Counted from the first letter of the stretch, positions 43,401 to 56,618 are shown. The stretch is DNA of 64,000 bases from Tubulanus polymorphus (GCF_964204645.1 NC_134025.1:13330001-13394000); one strand, 5' to 3'. Notes: generated by a model not told the origin, from the sequence alone. Made by a program: numbers and translations.

Positions 43401-46400
43401 CCCCATCAACGGCAGTCGGATGAGTTTGGTTTCGGCTGTTACCAGCGGGAAAATCGACGCGGAGGCAACCAAAGTAAAAACGCTGACCGGAGACGTGTCA
43501 CTCAATGAAGCTCTTTCATCCGAAATCGTAGATGCCACAACTGGAAAGGTTGCAGACCAAACTACCGGACAGGTAATTTCACTGTCGGATGCTGTTAACA
43601 ATGACCCTGTTTCATCCGATGTTAGGCAACCGGAACCAATGACGTTGGATGAAGCGCTCGGCAAAGGTATTTACGATGCCAAATCGAACACAGTGATCGA
43701 TCCAAACAGCGGATATCGCTTGTCAATCATTGATGCGGTGAAAGAAAGAGTGATTGACGGAAAATTGAGTAAACTGAAACTAGCAACTGACAGCGATCGG
43801 GAAATAAGTCTTCAAGACGTCATTAACACAGGCATGATAGACCCCGATTCCGGTAAACTGATCGACCCTGATAGTGGACAAGTTATCGATGTCGAGCAAG
43901 CATTACAGACAGGCGCGAAACTAGCCGATACAATGCCAGTACGTGGAATGACCATTGACGAAGCCATTTCTGCTGGATTGATGGACGAAAACACATTCGT
44001 AGATCCACAAACGGGCAGCACGATAAACCTCGCTGATGCGGTCACCACTGGTTTGATTGACGGAACGTCGACTAAATTAAAGACGCCGTCCGGAGGGTCG
44101 ACAACACTTTCTCAAGCAATTTCTACCGGTATCGTCGATGGCCAGTCAGGAAAGGTGTTTAGTCCATCGACCGGAAAACTGGTTGACTTGTCACAAGCCA
44201 TTGACTCGGGAGTGGTGAGTACCTATTCGAAACCGAAGATGACGCTGAATGAAGCCGTTGAACGGGGTCTTTACGATAGTGATGACAATACGATCATCGA
44301 CCCAAATACTGGTAGCAAAGTAAAATTACTATCGGCCATCTCCGACGGATTGATCGACGCCACCTCGTCAGCGATAACTGCTTCAGATGGCAGCGTCGTA
44401 CAATTAAATCGAGCCCTTTCCGATGGTCTTGTCGACGCACACACTGGCAACGTTGTCGACGAAACTACAGGCAAATCCGTCGCACTGTCGGATGTTCTCA
44501 CTAATAAACCGGCGACAGTACCAAAAAACCTAAGCATCGAAGAAGCTATCGAGATTGGTGTTTTCGACGCAAAAAGAAACGCTTTTATCGATCCATTAAC
44601 CGGAAAAGATATGACGCTAGCAGAGGCCGTAAAACACGGATTGGTCAGCGCTGAAAGATCACACGTGAAAACATCTGATGGTGATTTCATGACCGTTGGC
44701 CGAGCTATTGCAACTGGTAGTATCGACGGCGAAACAGGAATTATTTACGACCAAAAGACAGGCCAAGCAGTGTGCCTCGCTGAAGCTGTCTCCAAAGGAT
44801 TGGTTAGATCGGTCGAGGCGGTTGTTCCACCACTTAAATCGCTGACCGTCGACGAAGCAGTAAAAAGGGGTCTTTACGATGAAAAGACCAACACTTTCGT
44901 AGACCCCATCAACGGCAGTCGGATGAGTTTGGTTTCGGCTATTACCAGCGGTAAAATCGACGCGGAGGCGAGCAAAGTAAAAACGCTGACCGGAGACGTG
45001 TCACTCAATGAAGCTCTTTCATCCGGAATCGTAGATGCCACAACTGGAAAATTTGCCGACCAAACTACCGGACAGATAATTTCACTGTCGGATGCTGTTA
45101 ACAATGACCCTGTTTCATCCGATGTTAGGCAACCGAAACCAATGACGTTGGATGAAGCGCTCGGCAAAGGTATTTACGATGCCAAATCGAACGCAGTGAT
45201 CGATCCAAACAGCGGAAATCGCTTGTCAATCATTGATGCGGTGAAAGAAGGAGTGATTGACGGAAAATTGAGTAAACTGAAACTGGCAACTGACAGCGAT
45301 CGGGAAATAAGTATTCAAGACGTCATTAACACAGGCATGATAGACCCCGATTCCGGTAAACTGATCGACCCTGATAGTGGACAAGTTATCGATGTCGAGC
45401 AAGCATTACAGACAGGCGCGAAACTAGCCGATACAATGCCAGTACGTGGAATGACCATTGACGAAGCCATTTCTGCCGGATTGATGGACGAAAACACATT
45501 CGTAGATCCACAAACGGGCAGCAAGATAAACCTCGCTGATGCGGTCACCACTGGTTTGATTGACGGAACGTCGACTAAATTAAAGACGCCGTCCGGAGGG
45601 TCGACAACACTTTCTCAAGCAATTTCTACCGGTATCGTCGATGGCCAGTCAGGAAAGGTGTTTAGTCCATCGACCGGAAAACTGGTTGACTTGTCACTAG
45701 CCATTGACTCGGGAGTGGTGAGTACCTATTCGAAACCGAAAATGACGCTGAATGAAGCCGTTGAACGGGGTCTTTACGATAGTGATGACAATACGATCAT
45801 CGACCCAAATACTGGTAGCAAAGTAAAATTACTATCGGCCATCTCCGACGGATTGATCGACGCCACCTCGTCAGCGATAACTGCTTCAGATGGCAGCGTC
45901 GTACAATTAAATCGAGCCCTTTCCGATGGTCTTGTCGACGCACACACTGGCAACGTTATCGACGAAACTACAGGCAAATCCGTCGCACTGTCGGATGTTC
46001 TCACTAATAAACCGGCGACAGTACCAAAAAACCTAAGCATCGAAGAAGCTATCGAGATTGGTGTTTTCGACGCAAAAAGAAACGCATTTATCGATCCATT
46101 AACCGGAAAAGATATGACGCTAGCAGAGGCCGTAAAACACGGATTGGTCAGCGCTGAAAGATCACACGTGAAAACATCTGATGGTGATTTCATGACCGTT
46201 GGCCGAGCTATTGCAACTGGTAGTATCGACGGCGAAACAGGAATTATTAACGACCAAAAGACAGGCCAAGCAGTGTGCCTCGCTGAAGCTGTCTCCAAAG
46301 GATTGGTTAGATCGGTCGAGGCGGTTGTTCCACCACTTAAATCGCTGACCGTCGACGAAGCAGTAAAAAGGGGTCTTTACGATAAAAAGACCAACACTTT

Positions 46401-49400
46401 CGTAGACCCCATCAACGGCAGTCGGATGAGTTTGGTTTCGGCTATTACCAGCGGTAAAATCGACGCGGAGGCGAGCAAAGTAAAAACGCTGACCGGAGAC
46501 GTGTCACTCAATGAAGCTCTTTCATCCGGAATCGTAGATGCCACAACTGGAAAGGTTGCCGACCAAACTACCGGACAGATAATTTCACTGTCGGATGCTG
46601 TTAACAATGACCCTGTTTCATCCGATGTTAGGCAACCGAAACCAATGACGTTGGATGAAGCGCTCGGCAAAGGTATTTACGATGCCAAATCGAACGCAGT
46701 GATCGATCCAAACAGTGGAAATCGCTTGTCAATCATTGATGCGGTGAAAGAAGGAGTGATTGACGGAAAATTGAGTAAACTGAAACTGGCAACTGACAGC
46801 GATCGGGAAATAAGTCTTCAAGACGTCATTAACACAGGCATGATAGACCCCGATTCCGGTAAACTGATCGACCCTAACAGTGGACAAGTTAACGATGTCG
46901 AGCAAGCATTACAAACAGGCGCAAAACTTGCCGATACAATGCAAGTACGTGAAATTACCATTGACGAAGCCATTTCTGCTGGATTGATGGACGAAAACAC
47001 ATTCGTAGATCCACAAACGGGCAGCAAGATGAACCTCGCTGATGCGGTCGCCATTGGTTTGATTGACGGAACGTCGACAAAAGTAAAGACACCGTCCGGA
47101 GGGTCGACAACACTTTCTCAAGCAATTTCTACCGGTATCGTCGATGGCCAATCAGGAAAGGTGTTTAGTCCATTGACCGGAAAACTGGTTGACCTGTCAA
47201 AAGCCATTGACTCGGGAGTGGTGAGTATCTATTCGAAACCGAAGATGTCGCTGAATGAAGCCGTTGAACGGGGTCTTTACGATAGTGATGACAATACGAT
47301 CATCGACCCAAATACTGGTAGCAAAGTAAAATTACTATCGGCCATCTCCGACGGATTGATCGACGCCACCTCGTCAGCGATAACTGCTTCAGATGGCAGC
47401 GTCGTACAATTAAATCGAGCCCTTTCCGATGGTCTTGTCGACGCACACACTGGCAACGTTATCGACGAAACTACAGGCAAATCCGTCGCACTGTCGGATG
47501 TTCTCACTAATAAACCGACGACAGTACCAAAAAACCTAAGCATCGAAGAAGCTATCGAGATTGGTGTTTTCGACGCAAAAAGAAACGCATTTATCGATCC
47601 ATTAACCGGAAAAGATATGACGCTAGCAGAGGCCGTACAACACGGATTGGTCAGCGCTGAAAGATCACTCGTGAAAACATCTGATGGTGATTTCATGACC
47701 GTTGGCCGAGCTATTGCAACTGGTAGTATCGACGGCGAAACAGGAATTTTTAACGACCAAAAGACAGGCCAGGCAGTGTGCCTCGCTGAAGCTGTCTCCA
47801 TAGGATTGGTTAGCTCAGTCGAAGCGGTTGTTCCACCACTTAAATCGCTGACCGTCGACGAAGCAGTAAAAAGGGGTCTTTACGATGAAAAGACCAACAC
47901 TTTCGTGGACCCCATCGACGGCAGTCGGATGAGTTTGCTTTCGGCTATAACCAGCGGTAAAATCGACGCGGAGGCGAGCAAAGTAAAAACGCTGACCGGA
48001 GACGTGTCACTCAATGAAGCTCTTTCATCCGGAATCGTAGATGCCACAACTGGAAAGGTTGCCGACCAAACTACCGGACAGATAATTTCACTGTCGGATG
48101 CTGTTAACAATGGCGCTGTTTCATCCGATGTTAGGCAACCGGAACCAATGACGTTGGATGAAGCGCTCGGCAAAGGTATTTACGATACCAAATCGAACAC
48201 AGTGATCGATCCAAACAGCGGATATCGCTTGTCAATCATTGATGCGGTGAAAGAAAGAGTGATTGACGGAAAATTGAGTAAACTGAAACTAGCAACTGAC
48301 TGCGATCGGGAAATAAGTCTTCAAGACGTCATTAACACAGGCATGATAGACCCCGATTCCGGTAAACTGATCGACCCTGATAGTGGACAAGTTATCGATG
48401 TCGAGCAAGCATTACAGACAGGCGCGAAACTAGCCGATACAATGCCAGTACGTGGAATGACCATTGACGAAGCCATTTCTGCCGGATTGATGGACGAAAA
48501 CACATTCGTAGATCCACAAACGGGCAGCAAGATAAACCTCGCTGATGCGGTCACCACTGGTTTGATTGACGGAACGTCGACTAAATTAAAGACGCCGTCC
48601 GGAGGGTCGACAACACTTTCTCAAGCAATTTCTACCGGTATCGTCGATGGCCAATCAGGAAAGGTGTTTAGTCCATCGACCGGAAAACTGGTTGACTTGT
48701 CACAAGCCATTGACTCGGGAGTGGTGAGTACCTATTCGAAACCGAAGATGACGCTGAATGAAGCCGTTGAACGGGGTCTTTACGATAGTGATGACAATAC
48801 GATCATCGACCCAAATACTGGTAGCAAAGTAAAATTACTATCGGCCATCTCCGACGGATTGATCGACGCCACCTCGTCAGCGATAACTGCTTCAGATGGC
48901 AGCGTCGTACACCTAAATCGAGCCCTTTGCCATGGTCTTGTCGACGCACACACTGGCAACGTTATCGACGAAACTACAGGCAAATCCGTCGCGCTGTCGG
49001 ATGTTCTCACTAATAAACCGGCGACAGTACCAAAAAACCTAAGCATCGAAGAAGCTATCGAGATTGGTGTTTTCGACGCAAAAAGAAACGCATTTATCGA
49101 TCCATTAACCGGAAAAGATATGACGCTAGCAGAGGCCGTACAACACGGATTGGTCAGCGCTGAAAGATCACACGTGAAAACATCTGATGGTGATTTCATG
49201 ACCGTTGGCCGAGCTATTGCAACTGGTAGTATCGACGGCGAAACAGGAATTATTAACGACCAAAAGACAGGCCAAGCAGTGTGCCTCGCTGAAGCTGTCT
49301 CCAAAGGATTGGTTAGATCGGTCGAGGCGGTTGTTCCACCACTTAAATCGCTGACCGTCGACGAAGCATTAAAAAGGGGTCTTTACGATGAAAAGACCAA

Positions 49401-52400
49401 CACTTTCGTAGACCCCATCAACGGCAGTCGGATGAGTTTGGTTTCGGCTATTACCAGTGATAATCTCGACGCGAAGGCGGGCAAAGTAAAAACGCTGACC
49501 GGAGACGTGTCACTCAATGAAGCCCTTTCATCCGGAATCGTAGATGCCACAACTGGAAAGGTTGTCGACCAAACAAAGTTATCTACATCCTTATCTGAAC
49601 CGCATTTCATTACGAATTTTCACCGTGATGGCTCTACTCAGACGGATAGCATTACTCTATTGCCTCTTGTTTCTGACTACATTTCTTTGAAGGAATGTAA
49701 TGATATTGCTGTTCAAACATTTTGTACTGATACTGTATTGGGTCCCTTCTTCGAGGACAAAAACCTCATTGTAACGAGTGATCCTTCGCCCCTTTCCTTA
49801 CGAGGCAATCGGGAACAGTGCGAACAATACCATTATGTCCTGCAAAAAGATACTTTAATTACAAATCTTATCGACGATGCAACCCAAACTGATTTCTCTT
49901 ATACAGATAGCTCGGACGAAAGTGATTTCTTCGATGACGATGAATATGGAAACATTTGTGAAGGATTTAAATTCGAGAACACCAAACTTCAGAATATTGG
50001 TATACAAGCGGATTCGGCATCTACACAAACATTTTCTGTTGACATTAATGCCGCACTTACCAACGATGAAGTCGAAGATTGTGCTCAGGCATACAATCTT
50101 TCTTTGAAAACGGCTTTACGAGAACATAAGCCGGATGAGAATAATGATGGATGTATTGAATTGAGAGCTTATTCCCTTTCGTCTCTTGGCGATTCAGGAA
50201 TGTCTAGTTCTTTTGTGACATCTCATTCTGATATTTCTCGTTCCTCACAGCTGTCTACTTATGACATTAAAGTTAACCCATCAGTCCATCCCCCTTTAAT
50301 TCTGAGTCCCGTTGCTGAAAAGAAAAATGCGCTGGTTTCAGCGAAAAACGCCGCGATGTCTAATGCTGATTGGGGATCATCACATATGACTCCTAATATG
50401 ATGCACTCACTTTCCGAGAGTTCTCCCGAAAATGCGTCCAATGTGGCCATTCTACCTGAAGAAATCATTGCTTCATCTGAATTGACAAAATGTCGTAGCG
50501 AACCAGCATGTGAAAGATCTTGTTCTAAGGAAAAAGTGATAGGAGCTGAGAATTCTTACATATTGCCTGAATACACAGAGAAGACATCTGACGTGGCAGT
50601 GGAAGTATTCATTGAGACGCCGAAAATGTTTCCAGTTGCTACACAGACTGATTTCAATATTGATCCTATTGAATCTCATAATTCCCAAGACGAACTGTGC
50701 GAATCACTAAGTGGTGTCACACGAACAGATGTCAATACGTATATAAAAGATCGTATTCGCGATTCTCACGGGGATTTGTCAGAGTTGGTTCTACTTCCTC
50801 CTGAATATCTTAACGTTGTTGATATCGATGAACTTCTTGGAATGTTAGACGACGACGAATATAATGATAGCCACATTGAAACTCCTGAAATCATGCATGT
50901 TATGTCAATGCCTGACTTGAATGACCTTGATGACGTTGCTGGATTCAAAATAAATCTGACTAATGATCAAAGACCTACTAAGTCGGCCACAATGATTCAA
51001 AAAAGAAAGAAGATTTACTGTGATCTAGATATTCCCAACTATAAATTTGGAGTTGATGGGTTTGACGAACTTAAGGCTGAGCATCGAAGGATGTTAGATT
51101 TATTGAAGAAAACTGAGGCGGACCACCAAATTATGAAAGACAAGCGTGATCAAATTCGTTCGTCACATTCCACGCAACAAAGAACCGATGATGCAGTATC
51201 GCCATCGACGCCATTGTCAAGTTCCAGTAGTCCCGATTCGGTGATACTGTCAGAGAAGTATACTCCACAGAACAGGAATTTCCATATGAAACAAGAACTA
51301 ACCAATGCATTTAGAAAGCCCGATTGTGCAACGGACATTAGACGGACTAATGGATCGTATGAACTCTACAGTGAACATACACGTAATGACACTTATACGA
51401 CGAGCTTCACTGATGGACAGGAAGGTCAACAGCGACAAAGTTGGGAAAACCAAACGTATCCTATTGGAAAAACAGATTTAAATGATGCAGAATCAAACAC
51501 GTCGATGTCTCGAAGATTTAAAACGGTTATGGGTCACATAGAAAGGTCTTCAGATTACCAAAAGAAGCAAAGTACTGGACTGAAAACAGGCATGAACATA
51601 ACATCGAGTGAGCGAACTAGAGAATGGACGAATTATCTTCCCTCTGATAGTTTGTCAATCAAAACTGACAACCAAAAGTTACACGATATGACCAGTAACT
51701 TGGAAGCGGTTTACACCAACCAAAGGAGCAACAATTTTAGTATTGCGGATGGAGTCCCAAGCAACGCTGATGATGTTTGTCAAAATGACCTAGACCAGCA
51801 AGAGGAATTGACTTCAACAAAATCAGAGGCAGATGAAAATATATATGCTAGTCTAGCAAGAAGGTTAATGGAAAGTAAGCAGGCTGATACTAATTTGGGT
51901 ATGGATGATACTATGAGCACGTATGCAGATGACTGCACCCAAACTGGCGATCCTAACGTTGGTTTAGATGAATCAATTGAGACTGATTCAGCAATCCAAA
52001 ACCAGCTGGATAAACTCGTGCAAGAACGGACGCATATAATTGAGTTACTAGGGCATGATTACGCTCCGTCGCGAGTATGGACTGAACTGGTTGAGGCCCA
52101 GTTGAATTATGGCATTGGACAGACCGATTCTTTACTGGAAAGCTTAGACCAATGTGTTGATTTTGATCCTAATTTACTTAGTGGTCGACGAGCACGTACG
52201 GAAGACAATCTTCATATCATTACTAGATCATACCTGTTCGATTATCGACAACGATTAGAAAATTCCAAGAAAGATATTGAAGATCAAATTCAATCATTGG
52301 AGCGAATGAAAAAGAAGAAGCACAAACGGCCATCATTCAATCCTATGAAACTGCGCAGACAACTGCAGTTTGAAGCATTTAAATTAGAAAGAACTCGAAA

Positions 52401-52676
52401 TCAAGTAGTTGAACAAGCAAAAGGGCGAATATTCAATGCACGCATTCGCAGTCACACGTCAACTCCTAGAAGTGATGAATGCGATGATCTGTCAACGACA
52501 ACAGACTCGTTGCATTCAAGGCACGATAGATTTATGAGGCCCCACAACCACGTTGAGTATCTTGTTAACCTTAGACGTTCTCTCGTAGCATCAAGTTTGG
52601 AAAAAGAAAAACCTCAAAGACCTTCACCCAACCAAGGAAACTTAACACCCAAGCGTACTAGCAACAGTCTTGAAAG
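10403..52676 (+). CDS. STARD9: Giant 42,274-bp coding exon: unique N-part, ~32.6-kb plectin-like repeat array, acidic/coiled-coil C-part
   Basis: Lies within the uninterrupted ORF 10369-52707. Acceptor gtttctccacag|AT (phase 1, G+AT=Asp) and donor AG|gtatat (phase 2). ELVEAQLNYGIGQTDSLL (~52084-52137) and HVEYLVNLRRSLV resemble, from memory, conserved blocks in the STARD9 tail. Confidence 0.85.
13030..13310 (+). repeat. Solitary diverged plectin-like module upstream of the array
   Basis: TLLEAVENDLYDETAKTFLDPRTDVKYNLASAITSGLID...LSLKDAMTDGLVDSCSGQVLDQMTGRLISLPVAIERRIV follows the same four-motif pattern as the array modules. Confidence 0.8.
16939..49575 (+). repeat. Coding tandem array, 1503-bp unit (501 aa), ~21.7 copies, plectin/plakin-repeat-like
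   Basis: The same landmark recurs at 17820, 19323, 20826 ... 49383 (22 times, exactly 1503 apart). The motif L-x-E-A-[IV]-x-x-G-L-[YI]-D...D-P-x-[TS]-G is typical of plectin repeats. Confidence 0.95.
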
Positions 52677-52688
52677 GTATATACTTTT

Positions 52689-54004
52689 TAACCCACTTGG
52701 GACTTAAGTCCCAGCGGGCTATTGCGTTAACTTTTCGTCGGTCCGTCCGTCCGTCCGTCCGTCCGTCCGTCCGTCCGTCCGTCCGTCCGTCCGTCCGTCC
52801 GTCCGTCCGTCCGTCCGTCCGTCCGTCCGTCCGTCCGTCCGTCCGTCCGTCCGTCCGTAGACGGAATCCAGTTATTTTGGGGAGTTTTGAAGACGCTTCA
52901 AGGTAATGTCTTGATATTTGGTTTATACATGTATCTACCCTAGACACATCTTCAGCCCCAAAACTGGCCCTGTCTGAATCAAGATGGCCGACTGGCAGCC
53001 ATCGTTGTTCGCCAAAATCAGCACTTTTTTACACGTTTTTCAACGGGAAATTTTGAAGACGCCTTGATCAATTTCCTTGATCTTTTGTATATATTTGAAC
53101 CATCCAAGGCCCATCAGCATAACAAAAATTGGGTCGATCGGACTCAAGATGGTCGTCCTAGAACCTTTTAAGTGCCCAAAATGTCAATTTCGGCCCGAAT
53201 TCTGAGTCCTGTAGCTTCCTACTGGTTTGCCATTTCTCATTGCAATTGCTAATGGTTATTCTCTGGAAAGGGAAATTTTATATATGAGACAGATATTTTT
53301 GATCAGCCAATTATGACGCAATTGGCGGCCATCTTGGTGTCATCAGTACTCATTCGTAGGTGGGAAAAAGTTTTTCGACATTATATTGATACCTAAGCAT
53401 ATTTTGTTACAACAATGAATTAGAAAGTTGTAGCTTATAACGTGTTCTTTGATTGTGGTGAGTTTCGAGTTCATTGGTTTTGTATATGGCTACCAGGGGG
53501 CGTTGAATAATACAATATCTTAGTATTTCTATATTATATTTGTACCAGTACATATTTTGTTACCACAATCAATTGCAAAGTTATAGCTCATGATTGTGGT
53601 GAGTTTTAAGGAAATTAGTTATTCTATATGGTCACCAGGGGGCGTTGAATAGTAGAATAACCTAGTATTTCCTTATTAAATTTGTACGGAGGCATATTTT
53701 GTTACCATGATCAATGGCAAAGTTGTAGTTCATGACATGTTCTATGATACTGGTGAGTTACAAGGTTATTTGGTTTTGAATATGGTCACCAGGAGGAGTT
53801 GAATAGTAGAATAACTTCTAGGCATATTTTGCTATCACAATCAATTACAAAATTGTAGTTGCTGACATGTTCTATGACTGTGGTGATGTTCAAGGTGATT
53901 GGGTTTTGTATATGGTCACCAGTGGGCGTTGAATATTGAAATTGTTAGATTGTTGAGTATTTGAAACCACTTCCAAAGTGGGCATGGTGTCCGTGGACCC
54001 CTAG
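52689..54004 (+). mobile_element. HINE-like element, full length, ~12 bp inside the intron after the giant exon
   Basis: Same termini, hairpins and subrepeats as 2381-3661, with a longer (CGTC)n tract at ~52741-52858. Confidence 0.82.
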
Positions 54005-54083
54005 TTGGATTTAGAATGCCATTGAAATATTGAAAGTTGAATTTTCCTTCCGTCATTGACCCTAATCTTGTTCATTATTGTAG

Positions 54084-54311
54084 ATCACGCGATTGGGAAC
54101 TAGACTCGTCTATAACAGACTTTTCATTTGGAGACATATCAAACGTCTCGTCACTTCATGATGAACCTATGCGGGTCCTTGAAGCTTGCCAGCGGCAACG
54201 CCTCCAAAGCCAGGCTCAAATTACGGAAGCAAGGGAAAAACTTCGTGACCTGCCACCAGTACTCAGATACAAACGGACGAAAGAAAAATCAAAGTCAGCC
54301 CATTCTTTAAG
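54084..54311 (+). CDS. STARD9: Internal exon, probable coiled coil (LEACQRQRLQSQAQITEAREKLR)
   Basis: Acceptor ttattgtag|A, donor AG|gtgagg. Phase 2 in and out; open frame. Confidence 0.8.
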
Positions 54312-54364
54312 GTGAGGCCTCAATCAAAAGGTCTATTAGATTTCTAATAGAGTTACATCATTTT

Positions 54365-55036
54365 CAGCCCTATTGGGACTTAGTCCCAGTAGGCTATAGG
54401 GTTCACTTTTTGTCCGCTAGCCGTCCGTTCGTTCGTCCCACCCACTAGAATCCAGTTTTTGTTGGGAAGTTTTGAAGATACTTCAATGGATTGTCTTGAT
54501 ATTTGGTCAGTGCATGTATCTTATCCTAGAAATAAAATATCTGCAGAATGTGAATCTTAAACACCGAACAGGTGAACCATTGTGTAGGATAATCTGGCGG
54601 TTGGACGAGGCTTGTCCGTGGGGATCCCATCTCTTTGTGGGTATTGTTATGGGAACATTGGTTTGATGTGCTTGCATTTCATCACGACGCTACGTTTTGT
54701 TTTCAAATCGACGACCTCGCCACCTTAACTGAGTGGCAGTGACTGCACGATTCAAGTTAGCCTATTGAGCTACCTGCGCGTTGGGTACGTTGAATCGTTG
54801 AGTCGTTGAGCCTCGATTCTGGGTTAACTGTTGATCATTGCCAACTACTTCTCCTTTACCTCCTTATCTTTTGGACATTATTTAATCAGCTCCATTTTCC
54901 ATATCATTAGGCAGTGGTTAACCACTTGGCCCATGGACAAGTATTTCCTTTCGCCACTAGGGGGCGTGAATATTGAAATCGTTAGATTGTTTGGCATTTC
55001 AAACTAATTTCCAAGGGGCATGGTATCCCTGGACTC
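54365..55036 (+). mobile_element. Degenerate HINE-like copy (5' end and 3' end recognisable, middle unrelated)
   Basis: tgggacttagtccca hairpin and ccgtccgt at 54374-54440; 3' end ccaaggggcatggtatccctggac at ~55011-55034. Confidence 0.6.
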
Positions 55037-55073
55037 ACGTGGCCATATAGATCTAACTCTGATCTTTGTGTAG

Positions 55074-55173
55074 GGACAGCCGGAGATTAGAGGAGGAAAA
55101 CTATCATCATCGTCACCGATTTAATACTTCTACTCAGGAATTACGATACGCACGTCCACAAGCATTAGAACAG
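55074..55173 (+). CDS. STARD9: Internal exon (DSRRLEEENYHHRHRFNTSTQELRYARPQALEQ)
   Basis: Acceptor ctttgtgtag|G, donor CAG|gtactt. Phase 2 in, phase 0 out. Confidence 0.7.
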
Positions 55174-55932
55174 GTACTTGCATGATTTTAAGATCATCTC
55201 CAAACTCGTTGCATTTGCATCCATCTTTATAGATCTTGGGCATTTGATCTCGGAAAATTATGATTCTTGCATTTGACGGAATATGGCTTTCACGGCTATA
55301 TCATCCTATAATAATACTCAACGTGATACGTATATACTAAATGTTTTACAATTTTCTATTAGTTACGCATAGCATCGAGTGATACAACTTCTGTAAGTCT
55401 CTCGTGTCTATATATTTCAAAACCATAGTTCTTAAATCTTATCTATCTCAATATACAGGCCCGTAGCTAGATTATTCAAAAGCTAGTCAAGACCTAGCCA
55501 ACATGGCAAAGAGTGCGAGTGTCCTTTTTGAAACAGCGCACATATTTTGCCCTTTCGAAGTAGGCCTTTTTCTGAAATAATTGTTACAGGCGAATCTTTG
55601 AAAAAGATTCTTGGAAAGGAGCCCTCAACTCCCACTGGCTACGGGCATGATGTATTTCCGGTGTTGGAATTTTCTTTATTTAATATAGTGGCTTTGTATA
55701 TATACAGCACTCTAAAATGAAATTAGTTCAAACAAATACAAAACACCATTTCTTTATTCAGGTACATCACATTCTTGGTGTATTTATGTCAATTAGACAT
55801 ACATTCTTTGACAGAAATTCTTACAGTCTTTGATAGAAACATTTGAACCATATTGTAGTACCTTATGTTGATTGGACTACATTACGTTACGACAAGATGC
55901 ATGATCTAAAAGTTTTGTTTTCATACTCTTAG

Positions 55933-56006
55933 GTCATAGATAGCGAGATAGATGCGTTACGAAAAAATCATGAAAATGAAGCCTTAGGAAGGTCGTCATA
56001 CAGGAG
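55933..56006 (+). CDS. STARD9: Internal exon ([24 protein letters not shown])
   Basis: Acceptor actcttag|GTC, donor AG|gtattc. Phase 0 in, phase 2 out. Confidence 0.7.
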
Positions 56007-56016
56007 GTATTCTGAC

Positions 56017-56430
<414 letters not shown>

Positions 56431-56433
56431 ACC

Positions 56434-56478
56434 GTCAAGAGATGCAGCCTCTAGACGGTTTTCCCCTGGTGATCGGAA

Positions 56479-56571
<93 letters not shown>

Positions 56572-56618
56572 AGTTCCGATCACCAGGGGAAAACCGTCTA
56601 GAGGCTGCATCTCTTGAC
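56434..56618. repeat. Perfect 49-bp inverted repeat flanking a (TA)n spacer
   Basis: gtcaagagatgcagcctctagacggttttcccctggtgatcggaactta (56434-56482) is the reverse complement of 56570-56618. Confidence 0.95.

Noticed and set aside
16888-49610. Dozens of repeated short minus-strand ORFs (METASARH..., MPSASSNV..., MATASARF..., MAINDTGR...)
   Set aside because: Antisense shadows of the coding repeat; they recur only because the DNA unit recurs and are freely broken by substitutions.
49909-49945. FFAT-like SDESDFFDDDEY (VAP-binding motif seen in other START proteins)
   Set aside because: Core deviates from EFFDAxE at the important fifth position and lies in generally acidic sequence; not supportable without scoring.
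52642-52947. RPSV / TDGR repeat ORFs
   Set aside because: Translations of the (CGTC)n tract of the HINE-like element.
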